Shown: positions 18,979-30,499, counted from the first letter of the whole stretch. The stretch is DNA of 63,666 nt, filler included, from Candidatus Rokuibacteriota bacterium (GCA_031406795.1; 6 parts of 6 records of this genome joined end to end with filler, not necessarily neighbours in it); one strand, 5' to 3'. Numbers and translations are program-made. The notes: a model not told the origin generated them from the letters alone.

Positions 18979-19743
18979 ATGCGGGGATTCGTCAAGTTCG
19001 CAATTGCACTCTCGCTGCTCGTCGCGCTTCCGGCCGCGGCGGCCGGGCCGGAACTCAAGACCGAGGAAGAGAAGACCGTGTACGCGCTTGGCCTGAGCAT
19101 CGCCCAGAGCCTGGTATCGTTCGCCCTGACCCCCGCGGAGATCGAGCTGGTGGCCTCGGGGCTGCGCGACGGGCTGGCCAACAAGCCGAAGGTGGACGTC
19201 GCCCAGTACAACCCCATGGTCAAGACGCTGGCCCAGGAGCGGGCCGCGGCCGCCGCCGAAATCGAGAAGAAGGAAGCCGTCAAGTTTCTCGAGAAGATCG
19301 CCAAGGAGAAGGGCGCCGAGAAGACCGCCTCCGGCCTGATCTACATCCCGGTGAGCGCCGGCACCGGCGTCGCCCCGAAGGCCACGGACACCGTCAAGGT
19401 CCACTACAAGGGGACGCTGCGCGACGGGTCGGTGTTCGACAGCTCGATCGAGCGCGGCCAGCCGGCGACCTTCCCCCTCAACCGCGTCGTCCCCTGCTGG
19501 ACCGAGGGTCTGCAGAAGATGCTCGTCGGCGGCAAGGCCAGACTGGCCTGCCCCTCGAATCTGGCCTACGGCGATCGCGGCGCCCCGCCGAAGATCAAGC
19601 CGGGCTCGGCGCTGCTCTTCGAGGTTGAGCTGCTGAGCATCGAGCCCCCGCCCACGCCGATCCCGGGCGCCCCGACCGGCCCGCCCCCCTCGCCGTTCTC
19701 CGCGCCCAAGCCCCCGTCTGGCGCGCCCGCGGGACACAAGTAA
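18979..19743 (+). CDS. FKBP-type peptidyl-prolyl isomerase (FkpA/Mip-like)
   Basis: Signal peptide, VHYKGTL.DG.VFDSS, WTEGLQ, LAYG, LLFEVELL; AAGGAG RBS. Confidence 0.93.
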   Translation: MRGFVKFAIALSLLVALPAAAAGPELKTEEEKTVYALGLSIAQSLVSFALTPAEIELVASGLRDGLANKPKVDVAQYNPMVKTLAQERAAAAAEIEKKEAVKFLEKIAKEKGAEKTASGLIYIPVSAGTGVAPKATDTVKVHYKGTLRDGSVFDSSIERGQPATFPLNRVVPCWTEGLQKMLVGGKARLACPSNLAYGDRGAPPKIKPGSALLFEVELLSIEPPPTPIPGAPTGPPPSPFSAPKPPSGAPAGHK

Positions 19744-19778
19744 TCGCTCGCGCCGCACCGGCCGCGGCGCCCTTCACG

Positions 19779-19818
19779 AAAAAGCCCCGCCTCCCCGGCA
19801 GTCACGGGGGGGCGGGGC
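19779..19818 (-). terminator. Rho-independent terminator between convergent PPIase genes
   Basis: AAAAA-GCCCCGCCTCCCC...GGGGGGGCGGGGC. Confidence 0.7.
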
Positions 19819-19859
19819 AGCAGTTTGAGCTTGATGATTTCAGCCGGGATTCCCGCCGG

Positions 19860-20432
19860 TCACCCGCAGCCGCAGCCGCCGCCGGAACCGCCGCCTGAAC
19901 CGCACCCGCCTGAACCGCGGGATTCCCCGCCCGCGCAGCCGCACGCGCTCTGTTCCTGCGGGCCGCAGCCGCACCCGGAATCCGTGGCGGGAATCTCGTG
20001 GGCCAGCGGCTCGCGAACTTCCTGAATCTTGACGTCGAAGGTCAGCCGCTTGCCGGCCAGCGGGTGGTTGAGATCGACGTTGACGACCTCCTTGTCCGCG
20101 GACAGCACCGTCAACGCAACGGGTCCGCGCGGGCCGCGGGCGTTGAACGACATGCCGGGCGCAATCTCGATATCGGCGGGGAAGCGGTCCCGGGGGATCG
20201 CCTGGAGAAGTTCCTTCTGCACCGGACCGTACCCGTCTTCCGGCTCGACGGTCACCTTGAAGCTGTCCCCCACGCTCTTGCCGGTCAGCGCCTGCTCCAG
20301 ACCGGGGATGATGCTGCCGGTCCCGGTGACGAAACCCAGCGGCGACCCTTCCGCCGAGCGGTCGAACTCCACTCCCGAATCGAGGGTCAACCGGTAGTCC
20401 ATCGCGACGAAGAGATTGTCGGCTATTTTCAC
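19860..20432 (-). CDS. slyD: SlyD-like FKBP peptidyl-prolyl isomerase
   Basis: IIPGLEQAL, PEDGYG, VDLNHPLAGKRLTFDV; Cys/Gly-rich tail. Confidence 0.9.
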   Translation of the reverse strand: MKIADNLFVAMDYRLTLDSGVEFDRSAEGSPLGFVTGTGSIIPGLEQALTGKSVGDSFKVTVEPEDGYGPVQKELLQAIPRDRFPADIEIAPGMSFNARGPRGPVALTVLSADKEVVNVDLNHPLAGKRLTFDVKIQEVREPLAHEIPATDSGCGCGPQEQSACGCAGGESRGSGGCGSGGGSGGGCGCG

Positions 20433-20594
20433 GTTCGCTCCCGTCCTGTTCCGCATTGATATTCCCCCGGCGAAGTCCGGAACATCTCCTCCCCCGGGCC
20501 GACGTTGTGGCGACAAGATAAGCAATGCGCCAGGAAAGTCAAACCTGGCGTATTGGATTGATCCGGGGCGAATTCGCTTCAGCTCTCAAACAGG

Positions 20595-21360
20595 CCTCAC
20601 ATTCCGCACATCTCGAGAGCGATATCTCCGATTATCCCTGACTCGCGCTCGGGCTCAGGGGGCAGCGCGATAGATGGTTTCCGGGATTTCCAGCAGTCTG
20701 AGCACCTCGCGTTGAAGGTCGGTCAACTGGGGTCGAACCGATGGATGCTCTGCCCGTCGATCTGGAACTGATGACGTTCCAGCAGCGAGAAGAGCCGGAA
20801 GATCTGCTCGGCGGTCGGTCGCGAGGTTGACCGTTCCTCCGGATAAAACGGCAGGTGTGAGTTCTGCTGCTGTTGCATGGCGCGGCGCAACTCTCGTTCG
20901 ATGAGCGCCTGCACGAGCAGGGCGAGGAAGTACACGAAGAAGAGCGCTTCGATGTGCCCTTCGTTCTTGAGCAGGACCGGCGCGATCTCAAAGACGGTCT
21001 TGATCTGCTCGAAGCGTTTCACGATCGTCGGCTGTCGTTTGTGCGCCTGCAGGACCTGAGCCGAGGTGAGTTGGACATCGTTGGTGAGCAACGGATACAT
21101 TCCATCGCTCTTGCGGTCGTAGGCGATCTTTTCCTCATCGATCGTCCACTGCAGTCGCCAGCGTCGGCGCGCCTGGCGCCGGTAGCGGGTTTCCGGGCCG
21201 GGCCGGCCAGGTCCGGTCGGCGTAAAGCGGTAATCGGGCTGAGAGACGGTTTTCACCCGCTGATACCGAGCGACCTTGTTGCGCCGAAGGATGCCCTCCA
21301 CCCGCTCGAGAATCTCGTGGCGGGAGCGCCGGCGAGGTCGCTGACCGGCGAGCTTGCCTC
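20595..21360 (-). mobile_element. IS1634-family transposase remnant (5'-truncated, frameshifted)
   Basis: DGMYPLLTND, KRFEQIKTVFEIAPVLLKNEGHIEALFFVYFLALLVQALIERELRRAM; frameshift near 20725; possible terminal repeat CCTCACATTCCGCAC at 20595. Confidence 0.75.
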
Positions 21361-21906
21361 TAAATGTTGGGGGCTTCGATGTAACGACCCGCCTCAAAGA
21401 AGTCCTGGATGAGATCGCCAGGAACCCCGCTCACAATCCTTCCCACTCCTGTTCCCAAGAGCCGGCCCGTGAGCAGTGCCAGACCGGTGCCCGGTACCCG
21501 AACCTGAGCGGAGCACGCCGCCGCAGTCGTCGCTCAAGGTTGACACCGCGCACTTCACTGAAGGATTACGACTTCTCGAAGAAAACGCTTGACAAACGTA
21601 TTTCCGCACTTTAGTTCTATCAAACTTAGCGTCTTCCCGAAGGGAGTTCTTCCCCGAGAGGAGAACGCGGCTCCTTCTGCTAAGTGACGGGGACGTACGC
21701 AGCGTCTCCGCAATGTCTTGAGCAGTCTTGATTCGCAGAGCAGTAGCACTGTATGGCCAAGGAGGATCTATGTCTTGCGCGTCGCATCGTCATGCGCGGG
21801 GGCATGGCGCTGAACCAGAGCGTCAGTGGCAAGATCGAGTCCTGAAGATGGTTCCTGCGGGCAGTCCAGCGAGTAAGATTTCCACCGTCGGAATGATGGA
21901 GGTTGC

Positions 21907-22588
21907 ATGAAGAGGCTGCTCGAGGTTGTTTTCTGTGCCGTATTCCTGTCAGTCGTTTCAATGGCTGGGGTGGGTGCAAGTGCGGCGACAAGTCCATCGC
22001 AACCGGCGGCGATCAATGCGGAGAATACCGGCCCGCCCGTGGTGTCCTACTCCGGCGGTCTGCTGTCGGTCACGGCAAAGAACGCCGAGATCCGCGAGGT
22101 CCTGACCAAGATCGGTGCGGCAGTCAACGCCGAGGCCCGAATCTCCGAGGAGATTTCTGGAAGGGTCACGATTTCATTTCAGAATCTCGGTCTTGAAGAA
22201 GGCCTTGCCAGGCTTGTTAGTGGGGAAGGGACCGGGATCGTGCTGGGCTACGACAAGAAAGGCACCGTGAAGCTGATCATGCTCTCCAGGAGAGCCGCGG
22301 GCCAGACGGAAAGTGTCGTCAAGGTCAGAAAGGTGAGGGACTACTTCTCGCCAGCAGATCAAGCCTCGAGCATGAGTTTGGACGAGGTCAAGGACTTGAC
22401 GAAAGTGCTTCGAGACCCAAAGAAGAAAGACAAGTGGGTGCGAGCGGCGAAAAAGATCATCAATATTAAAAAACCAGAGGCCAAGCCGTATCTCAAGGAA
22501 TTGATGCAGCACGAAGATGATTTTGTCCGGGATCAGGCGATGAACGAATATGCAATGTTGGTCGACGTCGAAGATGCCGATTTCATCC
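21907..22588 (+). CDS. Exported protein with secretin/TonB N-terminal-like domain and HEAT-like repeats (truncated at contig end)
   Basis: Signal peptide, LSVTAKNAEIREVL...VTISFQNLGLEEGL, then VRAAKKI...LKELMQHEDDFVR. Confidence 0.55.
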
Positions 22589-22688
22589 NNNNNNNNNNNN
22601 NNNNNNNNNNNNNNNNNNNNNNNNNNNNNNNNTTAATTAATTAANNNNNNNNNNNNNNNNNNNNNNNNNNNNNNNNNNNNNNNNNNNN
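22589..22688. other. Artificial contig linker
   Basis: N-run + TTAATTAATTAA + N-run, 100 bp. Confidence 0.98.
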
Positions 22689-23089
22689 CGGGCCCGGGCA
22701 TCAGCGACTACGGCGTGATCAAGGGCACGCGCATCGACGAGCGCACGTTCCTGGTGACCGATCTGGTCGAGAAGCCCCCGGCCGCCGAGGCCCCCTCGGA
22801 CCTGGCGGTGATCGGGCGCTACATCCTGACGCCGGCCGTCTTCCGCTACCTGGACCAGACCAAGCCGGGGCGCGGCGGCGAGATCCAGCTGACCGACGCG
22901 CTGCGCAAGATGGCGCAGGACTACCCGCTGTACGCCTATCTATTCGAGGGCACGCGCTACGACGCGGGCAACAAGCTCGGTTTCCTGCAGGCGACCGTGG
23001 AGTTCGCGCTGGCGAACCCCGAGCTCGGCCCCCCCTTCCGCAAGTATCTGCGCGCGCTGCTGACCAACAACCTCCGGACCAGGGTCTGA
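22689..23089 (+). CDS. galU: UTP--glucose-1-phosphate uridylyltransferase, C-terminal part
   Basis: LVEKP...PSDLAVIGRYIL, GRGGEIQLTDAL, RYDAGNKLGFLQAT. Confidence 0.92.
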
Positions 23090-23097
23090 GGAGCGCC

Positions 23098-23564
23098 ATG
23101 GGATTCCGTCGGACGTGCGATCTATTCGGAGAATTGCCGGAGGATGTCATCGAGACCTCATTGCGGCTGCTCGCGGGGGTGAGTCCGGCGTACTCGACGA
23201 TCGAGGAGACCGCGTTCCCCGCGATCGACGTCTTCGAGACTCCCGTCGACGTTGTCATCGAGGCCGAGTTGCCGGGGGTCGAGCCGGAGGCCGTCGTTGT
23301 GATCGCCGGCGAGGGGCTGATCGTGATCGAGGGGACCAAGCAGGAGGAGCCCGGCCCGGGCCGGGTGAACTTCCTCTGCATGGAGCGCAGTTTCGGCGTC
23401 TTTCGACGGGTGGTGCTTCCGGGCGCCTCGGTCGACATATCGCGCGCGACCGCGGTCTGCCGTGACGGCATTCTGCGGGTGCGGGTGCCCAAGATTGAGG
23501 AGAAACGGGGGCGGGTCCGGGTCATCCCGGTGACCGCCGCGCCGAGCAGCGAGAGGAGCGAACC

Positions 23565-23568
<4 letters not shown>
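23098..23568 (+). CDS. Hsp20/alpha-crystallin family protein
   Basis: [32 protein letters not shown]. Confidence 0.9.
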
Positions 23569-25990
<2,422 letters not shown>

Positions 25991-25994
<4 letters not shown>

Positions 25995-26016
25995 GGGCGG
26001 GGTTCGACCCCCGCCC
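25991..26016 (+). repeat. GTAG-type REP-like palindrome overlapping the lon stop codon
   Basis: GTAG-GGGCGGGG-TTCGAC-CCCCGCCC. Confidence 0.6.
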
Positions 26017-26088
26017 GGACCGAGGACGAGCGCCGGAACGACGCGCTCCCCGTTGCTCCGCATCCGCCGGGGTGCTACGCTTCCCTCC

Positions 26089-26412
26089 ATGAAGACGCAC
26101 GAGGAAGTCGACCGCAGGAGCCTCGCCCTCGCGCGTGTGGTGGTCGAGGTCATCGACCGGGATGCTTCTCTGGCAGGCCTCTCCCGGGCACGGTGTACGT
26201 GCGCGCGCTGGCTTCACGACGCCCCATCGCCGGCAATCGCGGAATGGCACGGCATTCTGCAGCGGGAGTGGCCGGAAATCCGGCCTATCCTGCTTGATCC
26301 GGGGGAGCGCGGACGGCGCCTGCGCCAGAGCAACCCCTTCTGTGGCATCCTATCTCCCCGGGAACGCTGGGAGATCTACCGGCGATTCGCGCGTGAACAT
26401 CAAGCAGCTTGA
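26089..26412 (+). CDS. Small hypothetical protein, putative antitoxin partner of the downstream NTase
   Basis: MKTHEEVDRRSLALAR...LRQSNPFCGILSPRER; overlaps the next gene; extended -10 TGCTACGCT 7 nt before ATG. Confidence 0.65.
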   Translation: MKTHEEVDRRSLALARVVVEVIDRDASLAGLSRARCTCARWLHDAPSPAIAEWHGILQREWPEIRPILLDPGERGRRLRQSNPFCGILSPRERWEIYRRFAREHQAA

Positions 26413-26917
26413 ACACGTTCTGCGCGCCAGCGGCAGCATCACCAAGTGCCGCGAGATCGTCGTCATCGGCAGCCAGTCGCTGCTCGCGTCCTTTCCCGGC
26501 GCTCCCGACGCCCTGCTCGGTTCGATGGAGGTCGACTGCTACCCGCTTGACAACCCGGCCCTGGCGGATCTGATCGACGGTTCGATCGGCGAGCTCTCGC
26601 CGTTCCACGAGACCTTCGGCTATTACGCGCACGGGATCGGGCCGGAGACCGCAGCGCTACCCTCTGGCTGGGGCACGCGGGTCGTCCGTCTCCAGAACGA
26701 GAACACCGGCGGGACGATCGGCCTGTGCCTCTCCCCCGCCGACCTCGCGGTGAGCAAGCTTCTCGCCGGCCGGGAGAAGGACATCGACTTCGTGCGCGCG
26801 ATGCTCAAGGCAGGCGCCACAGACGAGCCGGCGCTCCGATCGTTGGCGTCCGAACTGAATCCGGAACAGGCCGCACGACTCGACGTGGCGCTGACAGTCG
26901 GCCTGCGCCCAGACTGA
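26393..26917 (+). CDS. DUF6036-like nucleotidyltransferase (putative TA component)
   Basis: IVVIGSQS...SMEVD, DGSIGELSPFHETFGYYA, SKLLAGREKD. Confidence 0.75.
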   Translation: MNIKQLEHVLRASGSITKCREIVVIGSQSLLASFPGAPDALLGSMEVDCYPLDNPALADLIDGSIGELSPFHETFGYYAHGIGPETAALPSGWGTRVVRLQNENTGGTIGLCLSPADLAVSKLLAGREKDIDFVRAMLKAGATDEPALRSLASELNPEQAARLDVALTVGLRPD

Positions 26918-26934
26918 AACCTCACGTTGAAAGT

Positions 26935-27090
26935 GGAGTCGGCGCAGAACCTCGCCGACCTCGAGGAGCCGCCGCCGAAGGTCCGTCGGAGCATGACGTT
27001 CGTGCCCGTCGAGTCGATGGACGAGGTGCTGGCGACGGCGCTGGCGACGAAGGAGAATGGCGCGGGGGCGCCGTGCGGCGAGGGCGATCC
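26935..27090 (+). repeat. lon-derived fragment 1
   Basis: 26946-27090 matches lon 25801-25945 (135/145 by hand); preceded by GGAGTCGGCGCAG = lon 25490-25502. Confidence 0.95.
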
Positions 27091-27186
27091 TCCAAACCAG
27101 CCGGGCGCCGGCGAGACGATCGTCCTGGGAATCCGGAAGAATGAGACTCGACCTGGCGGTGATCAAGTCCTTTCCCCGTGACGGAG

Positions 27187-27735
27187 TTACCGGTTCGAAA
27201 GAACCTCGGTAAGTCGATCCGAAAGGAAGTGCTTTCGAGCCAAGGTCCGCAGCTTCCGCCGGTCCGCCGCCAAATAGAGTTCCCGGATGTCCAGAGCGTC
27301 CTGCGCCGCCAGGGGAAGCAACTTGAGAAGTATCAGATACTCAGGTGTCACAACCTTAACGCGCTTGCGGAAGACCCGTGCCGTGGCGGCAGCGCGGATG
27401 GCTTCCTCGGCAAGCGGGAACCCCGCCGTGCCGATGAGATCGACCTCGATCTGTCCGAACCGAAATGACAACTTTTCTTTGATGTTGGTCCGGGCGCTTC
27501 CCCTCTTGACGGCAATCCGCTTCCGGAGTCGGGAGGTCAGAAACGCGGCAACTTCCACCCACGTTTTTTCCGGGGCGAGCATGACGGCGAGATCGACGTC
27601 GCGAGTCGTGCGCGGTCGGACCCACGCCGAGAGGGCAAGGCCACCGAGGAGGGCATAGTCCGCGCAGAACTTCTCACGCCGGAGATCCTCCATCAAGTCG
27701 ATTGCCTTGACGAAGGCTTCGACTACCGGGAGCAT
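27187..27735 (-). CDS. Nucleotidyltransferase (DUF6036/AbiEii-like)
   Basis: YALLGGLAL...PRTTRDVDLAV, IEVDLI, EYLILLKL...QDALDI. Confidence 0.8.
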   Translation of the reverse strand: MLPVVEAFVKAIDLMEDLRREKFCADYALLGGLALSAWVRPRTTRDVDLAVMLAPEKTWVEVAAFLTSRLRKRIAVKRGSARTNIKEKLSFRFGQIEVDLIGTAGFPLAEEAIRAAATARVFRKRVKVVTPEYLILLKLLPLAAQDALDIRELYLAADRRKLRTLARKHFLSDRLTEVLSNR

Positions 27736-27866
27736 CACCCAGCGCGGCGTCCGGCCAGGGACTTCTTCAAGAGGAGTGAAAGCTGAAGCAATTGCAGGGC
27801 GACCTCAATATTCTTGCCGTTCGGTCGGGGTGCTGCCCGTTGAGGTGTTTCAGCCTGACGTGCCAT
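27735..27866 (-). CDS. 43-aa leaderless ORF, putative partner of the NTase
   Basis: MARQAETPQRAAPRPNGKNIEVALQLLQLSLLLKKSLAGRRAG; its TGA overlaps the NTase ATG; promoter directly upstream. Confidence 0.6.
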   Translation of the reverse strand: MARQAETPQRAAPRPNGKNIEVALQLLQLSLLLKKSLAGRRAG

Positions 27867-27871
27867 GGGGC

Positions 27872-27900
27872 ATTGTCACGCCGAAGGCTGCGGCTGTCAA
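27872..27900 (-). promoter_or_regulatory. Sigma70 promoter (leaderless)
   Basis: TTGACA-N17-GACAAT-N5-ATG on the minus strand. Confidence 0.7.
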
Positions 27901-27935
27901 CGCCCGCCGACACGCCCGCCGACACGCCCGCCGAC
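27900..27935 (+). repeat. 12-bp tandem repeat x3
   Basis: ACGCCCGCCGAC three times. Confidence 0.9.
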
Positions 27936-28116
27936 TGCCCAGCCGCCCTTGTTCTGCAGCCATCGCCTCTCCAACAACCGGGACGCCATATCCAGTCGCT
28001 GCTCGCGTTCTTTCCCACCCCGCCGCTGGAGACGGACGCGTCCCCTGTTCTATCTGAGTTTGACCTCCTTCGACCCGGGGCGTATCTCGTTCTTACCAAG
28101 TCTTACGGAGGTGGCG

Positions 28117-28386
28117 ATGGCGACGACGATCCTCTCCAGCAAAGGGCAGCTCATCATCCCCAAGGCGGTGCGGTCGAGGCATCACTGGCAAGCCGGTACG
28201 GTGTTCGTGGTCGAGGAAACGGAGGACGGTCTCCTGCTCAAACCGCAAAAACCCTTTCCGACGACCCGGGTCGAGGATGGACTGGGCTGTACCGGCTATC
28301 AGGGGCCAACCAGGACTCTCGAGGAGATTCAGGAAGGACTCGATGCCGCCGTCCGATCCGCGTGGCGCGGGGGCCGGCCGGCGTGA
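28117..28386 (+). CDS. AbrB/MazE/SpoVT family antitoxin
   Basis: TILSSKGQLIIPKAVR...DGLLLKP; GGAGGT RBS; upstream TCTTAC-N4-TCTTAC repeat (28091-28106). Confidence 0.88.
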   Translation: MATTILSSKGQLIIPKAVRSRHHWQAGTVFVVEETEDGLLLKPQKPFPTTRVEDGLGCTGYQGPTRTLEEIQEGLDAAVRSAWRGGRPA

Positions 28387-28765
28387 TCATCCTCGACACC
28401 AATGTCTGGGTGCGTTACGTCACGAACGACGACGCGGGCCAGGCTGCAAGAGCGGTGCGTCTGATTACGACGGCGACCGCGATTTTTGTTCCCAAGACGG
28501 TGCTCCTGGAGTTGGAGTGGGTCCTCCGGGCGGTCTATGGCCTGCCCGCCGAAGCCGTGGAGCGGCTATCTTGCACATCCTCGGCCTGCCAATGGTCCAG
28601 CCGGAACAGCCGGATGCCGTCGCGGCGGCTCTGGCGCACTTTCGGGGAGGACTGGATTTCGCGGATGCCCTGCACCTGGTCTCAGCCGATGGTGTCTTCT
28701 ACACCTTCGACGAACCATGCGTCAGGAAGGCAAGGGCTCGCGGCCTGAGGGTGACGCGCGTCTAG
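28383..28765 (+). pseudogene. vapC: VapC/PIN toxin with a 1-bp deletion frameshift near 28565
   Basis: IILDTNVWVRY...ELEWVL in one frame and AILHILGLP...DFADALH...YTFD in another. Confidence 0.8.
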
Positions 28766-28778
28766 CTTGGAAGACGAC

Positions 28779-28812
28779 CGCGATGACCGGCGAGATCACG
28801 CTGCGCGGGCGC
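28779..28812 (+). repeat. lon-derived fragment 2
   Basis: Matches lon 25688-25721 (32/34; both differences synonymous; [11 protein letters not shown]). Confidence 0.92.
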
Positions 28813-28869
28813 ACGACAGGTTTATTTTGATTGCAATTCGTAATATTAGTATTAATATGTGGATCAGTA

Positions 28870-30003
28870 ATGACTACTTTAATAGACAGGTCAATCAAAC
28901 TAGAATCGTCACTCGTGCCTGGCAAGGTCATGATCATCTACGGGCCGCGCAGGGCCGGCAAGACTACCCTTCTCAAATCGTACCTTGATTCCTGTGGCCT
29001 GCGCTACCGGCTTGAGACGGGAGACGATATTCGCATCCGACACCTTCTCGGATCAGGCGACCTGAGACAGATCGTCGCAATGGCCGAGGGCTTCGAGCTG
29101 ATCGCCATTGACGAGGCGCAACAGATCCCTGGGATTGGCATGGGTCTGAAGATTCTGGTCGACCATCTCCCCCACCTGAGGATCGTTGCCACCGGCTCTT
29201 CGTCCTTCGACCTCGCCGCCGCGGTCGGGGAGCCGCTCACCGGACGCAAGCAGACTCGTACCCTCTACCCCATCAGTCAGTTGGAGTTGAACCAGACCTA
29301 TAACCGCTACGACCTGCGTCAACGACTCGAAGAGTTCTTAGTCTATGGTTCCTATCCGGAAATCGTGGTAACCGCGGGCAGAAGGGAAAAGATCGAACTG
29401 TTGGAGGAACTCTCCGGCTCCTATCTGCTGAAAGACGTTCTTGCACTGGATCGGATCCGTTCTTCGCGCACCCTGGTCGATCTGTTGAAGCTAATCGCCT
29501 TTCAGGTAGGGAACGAAGTGTCGCTGCACGAACTGGCGACGCAGGTTAAACTGGACGTGAAAACGGTGGGGCGCTATCTGGACATCCTGGAAAAGGCTTT
29601 CGTCATCGTCCGCGTAGGAGGCTTCAGCCGCAACCTCCGCAGCGAGGTGACCAGCAAGGCCAAATACTATTTTCTGGACAACGGTGTGCGCAATGCCGTC
29701 ATCGGACAGTACAACCTGCTCGATTCGCGCAATGACATCGGCGCCCTGTGGGAGAACTTCGTAGTCTCCGAGCGCCTGAAAAAACGATCTTACACGGGGA
29801 TCTACGGCACCATTCATTTCTGGCGAACCTACGATGGGAAAGAGATCGACTATGTCGAGGAGCGCGACGGCGGATTGTTCGGCTTCGAGTGCAAATGGTC
29901 GCCAGACCAGCGGGTCAAGCCGCCGAAAAAATGGCTGGCGTCCTATCCGGGGGCGTCCTTCGAACTGATTACTCCGGAAAGCTACCTCGATTTCGTGGCG
30001 TAA
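28870..30003 (+). CDS. AAA_14 ATPase with DUF4143 domain
   Basis: [53 protein letters not shown]...ECKW. Confidence 0.9.
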   Translation: MTTLIDRSIKLESSLVPGKVMIIYGPRRAGKTTLLKSYLDSCGLRYRLETGDDIRIRHLLGSGDLRQIVAMAEGFELIAIDEAQQIPGIGMGLKILVDHLPHLRIVATGSSSFDLAAAVGEPLTGRKQTRTLYPISQLELNQTYNRYDLRQRLEEFLVYGSYPEIVVTAGRREKIELLEELSGSYLLKDVLALDRIRSSRTLVDLLKLIAFQVGNEVSLHELATQVKLDVKTVGRYLDILEKAFVIVRVGGFSRNLRSEVTSKAKYYFLDNGVRNAVIGQYNLLDSRNDIGALWENFVVSERLKKRSYTGIYGTIHFWRTYDGKEIDYVEERDGGLFGFECKWSPDQRVKPPKKWLASYPGASFELITPESYLDFVA

Positions 30004-30026
30004 ACCCGGCCGGTTGACGCACCGCT

Positions 30027-30055
30027 CCGGCGGGGGGGGGATTCCCAAGGACGGC
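30027..30055 (+). repeat. lon-derived fragment 3
   Basis: Exact 16-mer GATTCCCAAGGACGGC (30040-30055) = lon 25601-25616; upstream CCGGC-G-run resembles lon 25590-25600 (PAGAIPKDG). Confidence 0.7.
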
Positions 30056-30136
30056 GTGCGTTTCCATGGATATTCGTCCCTGCGATTGGTCGTTAAACGG
30101 ACGCTTGAGCGCGCACATGTCGAGGTATATTTTCAT
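30041..30136 (-). pseudogene. N-terminal fragment of a PIN-domain protein
   Basis: [31 protein letters not shown], then family similarity is lost. Confidence 0.75.
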
Positions 30137-30197
30137 TGTGCACGTATAATCACTCGCCAGGAATGGAGCAACAAGTGCCGAAGGTCCTCTGTCGTTC

Positions 30198-30263
30198 ACC
30201 GGCCAGCTCGGGGACGCGATGAAGGAGTCGGCGCAGGCCGCGGTGAGCTACGCTCGCTCGCGC
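30198..30263 (+). repeat. lon-derived fragment 4
   Basis: Matches lon 25464-25529 (62/66; [22 protein letters not shown]). Confidence 0.95.
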
Positions 30264-30457
30264 AGCTGAGGCCGCGGAGCCGCCCCTTCCGCCGCACCAC
30301 CGCGTCCCTCTTACTCCACGGCGTGTGGAGCAGACTCCACATCTCTTGTCGCGGACATGGCCGGATGACCCGCGCGACCCTCCCCTGATCGGCGTATAAT
30401 CCGTCGGAATGCCGCGACGGCGCCCACCGGTCGAGCGACGGGCGCCCGAACAGGCTC

Positions 30458-30473
30458 TGGCATGATTGATGCA
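30458..30473 (+). promoter_or_regulatory. Sigma54 promoter for the pilin cluster
   Basis: TGGCATG-ATTG-ATGCA, 26 nt upstream of the first pilin ATG. Confidence 0.7.
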
Positions 30474-30499
30474 AAAAGGATCAACCGGAGGTTGATGAA

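Noticed and set aside
22589-22688. TTAATTAATTAA palindromes within N-runs (five copies in the window)
   Set aside because: Artificial linkers with stops in all frames; cross-linker gene neighbourhoods were therefore ignored.
27116-27128. ACGATCGTCCTG as a fifth lon fragment (lon has ACGATCATCCTG)
   Set aside because: Only 11/12 nt in GC-rich DNA; not significant.
26927-27181. 84-aa ORF as a functional Lon mini-protein
   Set aside because: Lacks the catalytic Ser/Lys and a convincing start; treated as a DNA relic.
27900-27935. Short repeats as a CRISPR array
   Set aside because: Direct tandem 12-mers with no spacers and no cas genes; no CRISPR array seen anywhere in the window.
26935-30263. 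lon fragments as simple misassembly duplicates
   Set aside because: The longer ones are about 6-7% diverged and lie at gene boundaries; collapsed or misjoined reads would usually be identical. A read check is still advisable.
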